Positions 21,047 to 29,095 of a stretch of DNA of 29,095 bases are shown here, piece by piece (position 1 is the first letter of the stretch; every line of letters starts with the position of its first letter). The notes below the pieces were generated by a model. That model did no database searches. It worked only from the letters and a program-made list of their open reading frames with translations, and had not been told where the DNA came from. Made by a program: the position numbers and the translations under genes. The DNA comes from an uncultured Desulfovibrionaceae bacterium. GTDB taxonomy: Bacteria > Desulfobacterota > Desulfovibrionia > Desulfovibrionales > Desulfovibrionaceae. The stretch spans positions 1 through 29,095 of the forward strand of contig CAYJHS010000002.1 of the NCBI GenBank assembly GCA_964369815.1. Direction: 5' to 3'.

Positions 21047-21649
21047 ATGACACAAAAAAAAGCACACGAAAAATACAACAACGCTCAAAACACACCACAT
21101 GAAGACGATCTACAGGATGCCTTTAAAGACCATGTAGATACATATAATTTTGGCGAAGGTGAAGACGAGTTACCGCAAATAGATTTAGACGGACTCAATA
21201 CAGAAGAGACTCCACCCGCTCGTGACCCACAAGAAGAAGCACGAGAAGCGCATTTACGTGCTTTGGCTGACATGGAAAATTACAAAAAACGCTTGGCTCG
21301 TGAACACGATGAGCAAATAGCTTATGCCGCCGAAAAAGTGCTTGCCAGCCTGCTCCCTAGCCTTGACAACCTAGACCTTGCACTGCAGTACGGTAACTTC
21401 GAGGCCTGTAAAGACCTTGTGACCGGCGTGGAAATGACACGTAAGCTCCTCTTAGATGCTTTGAAAACTCACGGACTTGAGCCGGTGGGCGAAGTAGGTG
21501 AGGCCTTTACACCAGAACTACACGAAGCTCTAACCTTTGAGCAGCGTGACGATATGGAAGAAAATCACGTCAGTACGGTGATGCAAAAAGGCTATAAGCT
21601 GAAAAACCGACTGCTACGCCCTGCCAAGGTTGGCATTAGCAAAAAATAA
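21047..21649 (+). CDS. grpE: Nucleotide exchange factor GrpE
   Basis: LRALADMENYKKR, LLPSLDNLDLA, FTPELHEA and QKGYKLKNRLLRPAKV motifs; AAGGAG RBS; TTGACA at 20995-21000. Confidence 0.93.
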   Translation: MTQKKAHEKYNNAQNTPHEDDLQDAFKDHVDTYNFGEGEDELPQIDLDGLNTEETPPARDPQEEAREAHLRALADMENYKKRLAREHDEQIAYAAEKVLASLLPSLDNLDLALQYGNFEACKDLVTGVEMTRKLLLDALKTHGLEPVGEVGEAFTPELHEALTFEQRDDMEENHVSTVMQKGYKLKNRLLRPAKVGISKK

Positions 21650-21802
21650 AATTTATTAAAAAACATTTACTCCCGAGCAAAGGGGTTTTTACCACCACAA
21701 CTAACTGTAATATAAAAATTTATTCAGGAGAAGCCCATTTTTTTGTAACGCACAAAACTCCTTGAAAAAAAAACAAAAACACAGTAACCTTTAAAATATT
21801 GT

Positions 21803-21819
21803 TTGATAATGACTTTCAA
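21803..21819 (+). promoter_or_regulatory. Putative Fur box
   Basis: TTGATAATGACTTTCAA, an imperfect palindrome containing GATAATGA, located just upstream of the AAGGAG RBS of the fez-like cluster. Confidence 0.7.
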
Positions 21820-21833
21820 CAAAGGAGAATACC

Positions 21834-22091
21834 GTGCAAGCTTTTCTTAAATTTGGCTTAGTCTTCCTAGGCGGCGTAGTACTCGGGTCTATGGTTAAAA
21901 AAGGTGTCCCCAGTGCCGAAGGCTTTCGCCCTGCCGCCACAGACTTACTCAGCCGTGGCCTTGACGCCAAAGATTGCGTCATGTCCAAAGTAGAAATCCT
22001 AAAAGAAACCATGGAAGATTTGGTGGCAGAAGCTCAAAGTGCCTCAGAAAAACGTAAGGCCCAACAAGAAGTCGCCACAACTGAAAAATAA
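21834..22091 (+). CDS. fezA: Small membrane-associated protein, FezA-like
   Basis: 85 aa with GTG start and AAGGAG RBS, a hydrophobic N-terminus with GxxxG (GVVLG), and a C-terminal KETMEDLVAEA helix. Lies upstream of a P1B-6 ATPase. Confidence 0.6.
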   Translation: MQAFLKFGLVFLGGVVLGSMVKKGVPSAEGFRPAATDLLSRGLDAKDCVMSKVEILKETMEDLVAEAQSASEKRKAQQEVATTEK

Positions 22092-22235
22092 AAAAACTGC
22101 TTAAATGGCTTTTTTTGTTCTCTCACTGGGAGGAAAAATTTTTGTACGAGTGCGGCGTGTATAAACTACATGCGTCTTAGTTTAAAAGAAGTCTAACACA
22201 ATTAGAGAGCAAAAGAGTATTTATCAGCGGTTTTT
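22092..22235. repeat. About 144-nt element bounded by imperfect inverted repeats
   Basis: AAAAACTGCTTAAATGGCTTTTTTTGTTCTCT versus the reverse complement of 22204-22235, AAAAACCGCTGATAAATACTCTTTTGCTCTCT. Confidence 0.45.
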
Positions 22236-22268
22236 GCAACAGCATAGAGCGCTCAGAGGGAGAAAACC

Positions 22269-24404
22269 ATGCAATGCATTATAGTTCATGAAATTCAAGG
22301 AAATGTAGGAAGATTGCGTGCTCGCTCCCTCTGCCCCATGACCAAAGCCACAGCAAAAAAGCTTGATGAAAAACTTCAATCTCTTAAAGGCATACAAAAC
22401 TATAGCATCAATCCTTTAAGCGGCTCGGTACTTTTTTTCTATGAAAACAAAAGAGCGCGCACTGCTGCCTTAAAACTCCTTGGCGTTGAAGACACTACTG
22501 CACCAGCTTGCCTAAAGCCAGCTAGCCTTGCCATTGTGCAAAAACTTGCCTTTATTCCTCAAAAAATCATGAATTTTCCCATCACGGGCATGCTCTTTCG
22601 CTATCTTGTCCTTCGTCCCTTCTTCCCCATGTGGGTACGCATCCTCTTTAGTGCCAAGGCAGCCATCCCGCATATATGGAAGGGTATACGCTCCCTTGCA
22701 AGCGGTAAAGTTAATGTGGACGTGCTAGACGCCACTGCCATACTCATCTCCTACTTGCGCCGTGATTACCCCACAGCAAGCCTGCTCGTCTTCCTCTTAA
22801 ACATTGGTGATGCACTAGAAGAATGGACTCGCAAAGTCTCCCGTGAAAGCCTTGCTCAAAGCCTTGCCCTAGATGTGGACAATATTTGGGTACGTGTGGA
22901 CGGCACCGAAGTACGCAAGCCCTTTAATGAGCTTTCCTTAGAAGATGAAATCATTATCCGCACCGGCACTGTCATCATGGTGGATGGACTTGTGGTAGAC
23001 GGCGAAGCCATGATTAATCAATCTTCCATGACCGGAGAAGCTGCGGCCGTGCGTCGCATTGCCGGAAATTCCGGCTTTGCCGGAACCGTGGTAGAAGAAG
23101 GTATTATCATTGTACGCCCCACCAGCCTTGGCGACGATACACGCTTACAAAAAATTATTACTTTCATTGAAGATTCGCAAAAGCTGAAAGCCGGCATAGA
23201 GGGCAAAGCCATGCGTATGGCAGACGCTGCCGTACCCTTTACCTTCCTTCTATCAGGTCTTGTCTACCTCATCACTCGTGACCCTATTCGCGCATCCTCA
23301 GTCTTGTTGGTAGATTACTCCTGTGCCTTGCGCCTTGCAACGCCGCTAGCCATCCTGTCCAGTATGCGCGAAGGAGCAAGCCGAGGTGTGCTTATTAAGG
23401 GCGGAGTCTTCCTAGAAGGACTCGCCGAAGCCGATACCGTAGTTTTTGATAAAACCGGCACCCTCACCGAAGCAAAACCAGAAGTAGCCGAAGTGGTCGC
23501 CTGCCAAGGGCATTCACCCACGGAAGTTTTACGACTTGCCGCTTGCATGGAAGAACACTTCCCCCACCCTGTAGCTCGAGCTGTTGTACGCCAAGCAGAA
23601 ATCCAAAACTTGCACCATAAAGAAGAACACGGAGAAGTAGAATACATCGTGGCCCACGGCATTGCTAGCCAATTGCATGGCGACCGTGTGCTGCTTGGTA
23701 GTCGTCACTACATCTGCGAGGATGAACACATTGACGTGAGCGAGCTAGACCCCGACGTACAACGTCTCATTAGCCTTGGCTACTCCCTACTCTACATAGC
23801 CAAGGGCGGCAAAGCCATCGGTATTGTTGCCATACGTGACACCGTGCGCCCAGAGTCAGCAGAAGTTATTCAAGAGCTAAAAGAGCATGGCATCAAGCGC
23901 GTGGTAATGCTCACCGGAGACGATAGCCGTGCCGCACAAAATATGGCAGACCGCCTTGGCATTACCGAATTTCACGCTGGCATCCTCCCTGTAGATAAAG
24001 CACGCATCGTTCAAGATTTACAAGCACAAGGGGCAAAGGTCATCATGGTAGGCGACGGCATCAACGACGCCCCCGCCCTATCCATGGCCAATGTTGGTGT
24101 GAGCCTTCGAGACGCCACCGACCTTGCTCAAGAAGTGGCCGACGTAGTTTTGCTAGAAAGTAATCTGCGTTCGCTCGTTACAGCGCGCAAGCTTGGTATC
24201 AGCACCATCAAGCGCATCCAAGGAAACTTTGTGGTAAATATGGGGCTAAACTCCGTCTTCCTTGGCCTTGGACTGTTTAACGCCATCACTCCCACTTTGT
24301 CTGCCATTATGCACAATGTCACCACCGTGGGCATAACCCTCAACTCCATGCGTCCCCACATGTCTGTAAACAAAGAAAATACTTTGGAAAGTGTCAAGGA
24401 GTAA
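22269..24404 (+). CDS. fezB: Heavy-metal P1B-type ATPase of the P1B-6 (FezB-like) subclass
   Basis: TGE, DKTGT, HP and GDGINDAP motifs. Membrane DYSCA in place of CPC, C-terminal HNVTT, and an N-terminal GRLR motif with no CxxC. Confidence 0.8.
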   Translation: MQCIIVHEIQGNVGRLRARSLCPMTKATAKKLDEKLQSLKGIQNYSINPLSGSVLFFYENKRARTAALKLLGVEDTTAPACLKPASLAIVQKLAFIPQKIMNFPITGMLFRYLVLRPFFPMWVRILFSAKAAIPHIWKGIRSLASGKVNVDVLDATAILISYLRRDYPTASLLVFLLNIGDALEEWTRKVSRESLAQSLALDVDNIWVRVDGTEVRKPFNELSLEDEIIIRTGTVIMVDGLVVDGEAMINQSSMTGEAAAVRRIAGNSGFAGTVVEEGIIIVRPTSLGDDTRLQKIITFIEDSQKLKAGIEGKAMRMADAAVPFTFLLSGLVYLITRDPIRASSVLLVDYSCALRLATPLAILSSMREGASRGVLIKGGVFLEGLAEADTVVFDKTGTLTEAKPEVAEVVACQGHSPTEVLRLAACMEEHFPHPVARAVVRQAEIQNLHHKEEHGEVEYIVAHGIASQLHGDRVLLGSRHYICEDEHIDVSELDPDVQRLISLGYSLLYIAKGGKAIGIVAIRDTVRPESAEVIQELKEHGIKRVVMLTGDDSRAAQNMADRLGITEFHAGILPVDKARIVQDLQAQGAKVIMVGDGINDAPALSMANVGVSLRDATDLAQEVADVVLLESNLRSLVTARKLGISTIKRIQGNFVVNMGLNSVFLGLGLFNAITPTLSAIMHNVTTVGITLNSMRPHMSVNKENTLESVKE

Positions 24405-24408
24405 TATC

Positions 24409-24897
24409 ATGCTTGAAGATTTTGTAGTTTCATTCATTCCAGGACGTGTGCGCTTACGCCACCCTGTACTTACTGACGCTGACCTTGCCAAAGAAATTAT
24501 ACCTATGCTTAGCGCTTTCCCTGGCGTAGAAACCATTGAGCACAAAGCCCTTACCGGCTCCTTGCTAGTAATTTATGACCCCGAAGTCCTAAGCGAAGAA
24601 GCCATCACCGCCCTGCTCGAACAAGGCGAAGAATGGCTCAAGGAAAATACGCCGCAAAACACAGACCACGCAATACAAGAAACAAATACCGAAAAAATGT
24701 GCTTTGCACCAAGCGCACTCACAAGCTCTCTCACACGCTCCCAAAAGCGAAAAATCTTCTATGGCGCCATGACCGGATCATTCTTTACTATGCTTTTCAC
24801 CGGCGGCACCGGCAGCAAGAAAGCCCACTATACCGCAGGCATTATTTTTGCCGGACTCACCGCCTTGCACATGTGGCGCATGCGTAAGACACTTTAA
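24409..24897 (+). CDS. fezC: HMA2-like domain protein with C-terminal membrane helices, FezC-like
   Basis: SFIPGRVRLR...LTGSLLVIYD fold motif plus two hydrophobic segments containing His (KKAHYTAG, ALHMW). The ATG at 24409 follows an AAGGAG RBS. Confidence 0.62.
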   Translation: MLEDFVVSFIPGRVRLRHPVLTDADLAKEIIPMLSAFPGVETIEHKALTGSLLVIYDPEVLSEEAITALLEQGEEWLKENTPQNTDHAIQETNTEKMCFAPSALTSSLTRSQKRKIFYGAMTGSFFTMLFTGGTGSKKAHYTAGIIFAGLTALHMWRMRKTL

Positions 24898-24904
24898 GTT
24901 TATA

Positions 24905-25055
24905 TTTTTTTGGGAAGGGGAGAGGAGTGCCTAGGCGCACGATATCCGTACGGCTCGTTCCTAGCCTACGGCTATAATCCCTTTGGGTCGGACTTTTGCT
25001 AGCGCCAAAAAATTTTCCTCTCCCTTCCACACACCCTTCTCCTTTTAAAAAGCGC
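24905..25055 (+). repeat. Family A repeat variant with an internal extra segment
   Basis: Arms GGAAGGGGAGAGGA and TCCTCTCCCTTCC; shares ACTTTTGCTAGCGCCAAAAA with 1774-1793; about 65 nt of extra sequence at 24927-24991. Confidence 0.65.
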
Positions 25056-26670
25056 TCACTAGTTCCAACACACATTGCATTCGATGCGTATATTGATGCT
25101 TTTCCCGAAGATGCTCTTGCCAGCCAAGTTTTAAGTCATATTTGGCTTGATTACTTAGTGTTGCAAGTGCCTTATGAAAACCTTCGGGCGCAGAGAAGGC
25201 TATGGGTTTTACCAACTCTTGCGGAAATATTCTCAATCCATTGGTATAGTTTGACCACAAAAAACCCCCTGCCGCCCACACGTCAAAGTGTCTCTGCGTC
25301 AGTCCTTCTGGCAAAAGCAAAGAAGTCACATTCAGTACGCTGGGTGCAGCACTATATATTTCTCGCAATGCGCCATAATAATCCAATTCGGGATAGAAAA
25401 TATTAGCTGGCGCCTGCGGCAACAAAGTCTGCCACGCTCCAACATCACCAAAAATAGCACACGGCATTGATATGAGCGCCTTAAGCCACTGCACCCTCTG
25501 GGCTTGTGCACACTCTTCAGCAAACAATCCGACTGTACGTATCGCCTTGTTAGGCCAAAAAATACCTTGTTGCGTTGTTGCGTTCCCCAAAAGTCGTAGC
25601 GCCCACCAATGAAAATGCGGTAATCCTAGATTATTTTTCAAGATTTCAAGGCCAATGCTGAGTTCTTCGGGGTCTAGCTTCACCGCAGCAAAAAAGCTCT
25701 TTTTCTCAGGAAAGGATGCTCGCCCCACAAAGACACAACGACACTCTTGCGCTGCCTGTATAGCCGCAACCATAGCTTCATTGCGGCATTGCGCTTTTGT
25801 TGCGTCTTCCATTTCCCACATATGCTGCGCCACAGCCAAGGGCAAATGATGCACATGCTCTGCCCCCTCTTGGCGCAAAGTCGGTATAAACGAAGCATCG
25901 GTCACAAAAATGCGCGCTTTTTTCCACCACGGTAAGCGCAACTTCGTAAGCACATGCCACGGATTATCAACAAACCACAAAGCCACAGGAATACCCAGAG
26001 CCTGTAACAAAGCAAAATTCTGCCCTGCCTTATCAAGCCCTGCCAAATTTATAGAGAAAAAAAGCGCAACATTTTCGCAATGCGTTTGTATGCTCTGCAC
26101 AGCCTTTCCCTCAGAACAAAAGCTATGCATATAACCAAGCTCCGCAAAAGCCGTGGCAATCTCATTGCCAAGCAGTGCGAACTCTTCGCAACCAATAACA
26201 ACCTGCTTTTGTGCCTTGCTATGCTCTTTTTTACCATGTAAAGGCGCCATTCCATGAATACACGCCAACACCTGTCCCAGAATTGGCAACCAAAAATCCG
26301 TATCCAGTTCCACATTCTGCTTATACCACCAAAAGGTAATGGCAGCCCCCTCTACCTGCATAAGCACTTGTAATTCATCTAAGGAAATAAATTGGCTATG
26401 AGTAGGAAACTCTAACTTTTCTGCATCTTCTAGCTCCCGCAAACATTTCATAAAAGATGTGTTTTCAATATGATAAACGACACTATCCGCAAGCAAAGCC
26501 CTAGGAAAAAATGCCGCACCACCAAGAACAATATGCACCATATTCTCTTGCACACATTCTTCATTACCTCCCTTACAAAAGAGCGTAAAAGCACCTTCCC
26601 CACTGTTAAGGGTAACACTACGTCCCAAAAAATTTGGGACACTAAAGCGAAGCGGGCGCTGTATATGCAT
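25045..26670 (-). CDS. CgeB/DUF3880-type glycosyltransferase family protein
   Basis: ALWFVDNPW, HLPLA, FVGR, DYYGALREIY, LNVTS, QRHFDVWAAGGF and HQYTHRM motifs. The ATG at 26670 is preferred because the track's longer start runs through a repeat hairpin. Confidence 0.72.
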   Translation of the reverse strand: MHIQRPLRFSVPNFLGRSVTLNSGEGAFTLFCKGGNEECVQENMVHIVLGGAAFFPRALLADSVVYHIENTSFMKCLRELEDAEKLEFPTHSQFISLDELQVLMQVEGAAITFWWYKQNVELDTDFWLPILGQVLACIHGMAPLHGKKEHSKAQKQVVIGCEEFALLGNEIATAFAELGYMHSFCSEGKAVQSIQTHCENVALFFSINLAGLDKAGQNFALLQALGIPVALWFVDNPWHVLTKLRLPWWKKARIFVTDASFIPTLRQEGAEHVHHLPLAVAQHMWEMEDATKAQCRNEAMVAAIQAAQECRCVFVGRASFPEKKSFFAAVKLDPEELSIGLEILKNNLGLPHFHWWALRLLGNATTQQGIFWPNKAIRTVGLFAEECAQAQRVQWLKALISMPCAIFGDVGAWQTLLPQAPANIFYPELDYYGALREIYSAAPSVLNVTSLLLPEGLTQRHFDVWAAGGFLWSNYTNGLRIFPQELVKPIAFSAPEGFHKALATLSNQAKYDLKLGWQEHLREKHQYTHRMQCVLELVSAF

Positions 26671-26700
26671 ATATGTGTCCTTAGTATGTATTATTGCTAA

Positions 26701-26728
26701 GGGGGAGCTTTTTGAAAAAGTTCCCGCC
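26701..26728 (+). repeat. Short or degenerate family A hairpin
   Basis: GGGGGAGCTTTTTGAAAAAGTTCCCGCC. Confidence 0.6.
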
Positions 26729-26813
26729 AATAAAACTTAAATTTCCCATAAACCCTCATATAATCTACTTGGCGATACGCACTTTTTAGCTTATATTCTC
26801 TCTCGGTGACCTT

Positions 26814-27434
26814 ATGAAAGAATACAGAGATTATTATTTTCGCAAAGCGAAAGAGCAAAAATACCCAGCACGTTCTGTGTACAAACTTAAAGAAATTGAC
26901 AATAAATTCAAAGTCTTTAAGCGAGGAATGAAAGTACTTGACCTTGGTGCTGCGCCTGGATCTTGGTCTTTAGGTGCTGCTGAAAAAGTGGGTCAGGAGG
27001 GTTTAGTCCTTGCCCTTGATTTACAAAGTACCGAAACAAACTTTCCTCCAAATATTACATTTATGCAAGAGGATGTTTTTGAGCGTTCACCGGAATTTGA
27101 AGAAAAGCTCCACTCTCTTGGCCCTTTTGACGTGGTTATGAGCGATATGGCACCTCGAACCACAGGCACAAAATTTACCGATCAGACTCGCTCACTGGAG
27201 CTATGCGTGGAAGCTTTAAACGTGGCTTGTGTGCATCTTAAAGAAGGCGGCGTATTTATAGTAAAAATTTTCATGGGGCCGGACATTCAAGAGCTCCTTT
27301 TGCCCATGCGCAAAGCTTTTGGTAAAGTGAAATCCTTTAAGCCCAACAGCTCACGCCAAGAAAGCAAGGAAACATTTTTTGTGGGCACAGGCTTTAAAGG
27401 CAAAGAAACATTGCCACCAACTGAACACAACTAA
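26814..27434 (+). CDS. rlmE: 23S rRNA Um2552 methyltransferase (RlmE/FtsJ)
   Basis: [34 protein letters not shown] and [11 protein letters not shown] motifs. Confidence 0.93.
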   Translation: MKEYRDYYFRKAKEQKYPARSVYKLKEIDNKFKVFKRGMKVLDLGAAPGSWSLGAAEKVGQEGLVLALDLQSTETNFPPNITFMQEDVFERSPEFEEKLHSLGPFDVVMSDMAPRTTGTKFTDQTRSLELCVEALNVACVHLKEGGVFIVKIFMGPDIQELLLPMRKAFGKVKSFKPNSSRQESKETFFVGTGFKGKETLPPTEHN

Positions 27435-27602
27435 TTAAAAAAATTAATAAAAAATATTAGAATATATAGTGCCGTTTCTTTTTATGGCAAGAAAGATGTG
27501 TTTTGAGGGCGAGGAATGCATACAGACATACCTAACCCAAGCCAAAAACACTTCTAGCAATGTTATAGTAAAAAAGACAACGCACTTTAAAGGAGAAGTA
27601 AT

Positions 27603-28346
27603 ATGGCAGGGCATAGTAAATGGGCCAACATCCAGCATCGTAAGGGGCGTCAGGACGCTAAGCGTGGTAAAATTTTCACCAAGGCCGCCAAGGAAATCAT
27701 CATTGCGGCAAAAGCCGGAGGAGACCCTACCGGTAATGCACGTTTACGGGCCGCCATTGCCGCCGCCAAAGCAGTAAACCTGCCCAAGGATAAAATCGAA
27801 GGTGCCATTCGCAAGGGCACCGGTGAGGACGCAGGTGGTGAACTTTTTGAAATTTCCTATGAAGGCTATGCCCCCGGCGGCATTGCCGTTGTCGTGGAAA
27901 CAGCCACTGACAACAAAAACCGCACCGTGGCCGAAGTACGCCACTTGCTCACCAAACACGGCGGCTCCATGGGTGAAACAGGCTGCGTGACCTTTATGTT
28001 TGACCGCAAGGGCGTTATCAGCATTGAAAAAAGCAAATATGACGAAGACGCCATGATGGAAGTAGCCCTAGAAGCCGGCGCTGATGACGTCATTGATGAT
28101 GGCGACACCTGGACCATTCATACAGCACTTACCGACTTTGCCGCTGTACGTGATGCCCTTGAAGCACAAGGCGTAGAAATGCTTTCCGCAGAGCTGGCTA
28201 TGATTCCGCAAAATACCATAGCACTGGACGCTGACGCTGCTCGCAAAGTTCTCAAACTCATGGAAGCCCTTGATGACAACGACGATGTGCAAAATGTGTA
28301 TGCAAACTTTGATATCTCTGAAGAAATCTTAGCTGAACTTGAATAA
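27603..28346 (+). CDS. yebC: YebC/PmpR family protein
   Basis: [29 protein letters not shown] and [12 protein letters not shown] motifs. Confidence 0.96.
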   Translation: MAGHSKWANIQHRKGRQDAKRGKIFTKAAKEIIIAAKAGGDPTGNARLRAAIAAAKAVNLPKDKIEGAIRKGTGEDAGGELFEISYEGYAPGGIAVVVETATDNKNRTVAEVRHLLTKHGGSMGETGCVTFMFDRKGVISIEKSKYDEDAMMEVALEAGADDVIDDGDTWTIHTALTDFAAVRDALEAQGVEMLSAELAMIPQNTIALDADAARKVLKLMEALDDNDDVQNVYANFDISEEILAELE

Positions 28347-28840
28347 TGCGTATCATTGGCATTGACCCTGGCTCTCGCATATGCGGTTGGGGCATTGTTG
28401 AAGAACATTCCGGCGTATTGCGCCTTGTGGACTGCGGTGCCATTCGCACCCAAAGCAAGGCCGATACGCCTTTTTCTTCTCGCCTTGCGCACATTTATAA
28501 AGAACTACACGCCATTATAACTCACTACACCCCCCAAGAAGCCGCCATAGAAGAAGTCTTCACCGCTAAAAATGCCAAAAGCGCCCTAAAACTTGGCCAA
28601 GCCCGTGGAGTAGCCGTGGCCGCCTGCGCCAGCCACTCTCTACCCGTCTTTGACTATGAACCCACCCTCGTAAAAAAATCTATCGTAGGTGTAGGACGTG
28701 CAGAAAAAAGCCAAGTAGCCTATATGGTACGCATTCTATTAAATACCAAGGAAGAATGGCTTGCCGATACCAGCGACGCCCTCGCCATAGCCCTGTGCCA
28801 TATAAATATGCGCCGCTACTATAAAGTAAGTAGTAGTTAG
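28346..28840 (+). CDS. ruvC: Holliday junction resolvase RuvC
   Basis: IIGIDPG, AAIEEVF, LKLGQARG, GRAEKSQV and DALAIALCH motifs; TAATG overlap with yebC. Confidence 0.96.
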   Translation: MRIIGIDPGSRICGWGIVEEHSGVLRLVDCGAIRTQSKADTPFSSRLAHIYKELHAIITHYTPQEAAIEEVFTAKNAKSALKLGQARGVAVAACASHSLPVFDYEPTLVKKSIVGVGRAEKSQVAYMVRILLNTKEEWLADTSDALAIALCHINMRRYYKVSSS

Positions 28841-28870
28841 TTTTATTTTTTTATATTTTTATTTATTTTA

Positions 28871-28980
28871 TTTTTTTGGGGGGAAACTTTTGTGAACAAA
28901 AGTTTCCCCCCAAACCCCCCTTCAAAAAACTTTCGATGCGATGACACCTCATTTTTAATAATAAATCTTGCCGCAACGAG
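28871..28980 (+). repeat. Extended family A repeat (hairpin plus tail)
   Basis: GGGGGGAAACTTTTGT-GA-ACAAAAGTTTCCCCCC followed by AAACCCCCCTTCAAAAAACTTTC...CACCTCATTTTTAATAATA, homologous to 19971-20070. Confidence 0.8.
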
Positions 28981-29040
28981 GCTTCATTAATGATGCTTTG
29001 TTACAAGCGGCGTATACATATCGCAAAGCGAAGTAAGCTG

Positions 29041-29095
29041 CCTATGAGGATGTTGCAAAATGCAATTGGTGTCGATGAAATTGACACCTGCATTT
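29041..29095. repeat. Family B hairpin repeat, truncated by the window edge
   Basis: 29041-29066 matches 427-452 at 25/26. 29057-29095 matches the reverse complement of about 319-357 at about 31/39. Confidence 0.7.

Noticed and set aside
26671..26730. N-terminal extension MAGTFSKSSP... of the glycosyltransferase ORF
   Set aside because: It is a translation of the family A hairpin from a non-ATG start; the ATG at 26670 is more plausible.

Overview
A chromosomal segment from an anaerobic Desulfovibrionaceae-like bacterium (inferred from the protein content). From left to right it carries: (1) tandem leftward sigma70-type promoters, probably of an rRNA operon lying beyond the left edge; (2) a minus-strand por-pta-ackA pyruvate-to-acetate cluster; (3) a tandem array of RTX-like (GGxGxD) secreted or surface protein genes; (4) hisD, a beta-propeller hypothetical gene, purC and fabI; (5) a TPR-like gene and grpE; (6) a three-gene cluster with a Fur-like box that has the hallmarks of the ferrosome operon fezABC; (7) a CgeB/DUF3880-type glycosyltransferase; and (8) rlmE, yebC and ruvC. 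In the RTX array, two intact genes share an apparently identical 1719-bp 5' block, which ends at a protein module boundary and is fused to different C-terminal modules; a third unit is an internally deleted remnant. Intergenic regions contain at least two families of dispersed hairpin repeats. The best candidate for an undescribed system is the constant-N/variable-C modular RTX array with its duplicated promoter and palindromic operator. All assignments come from reading motifs by eye; no searches were run.
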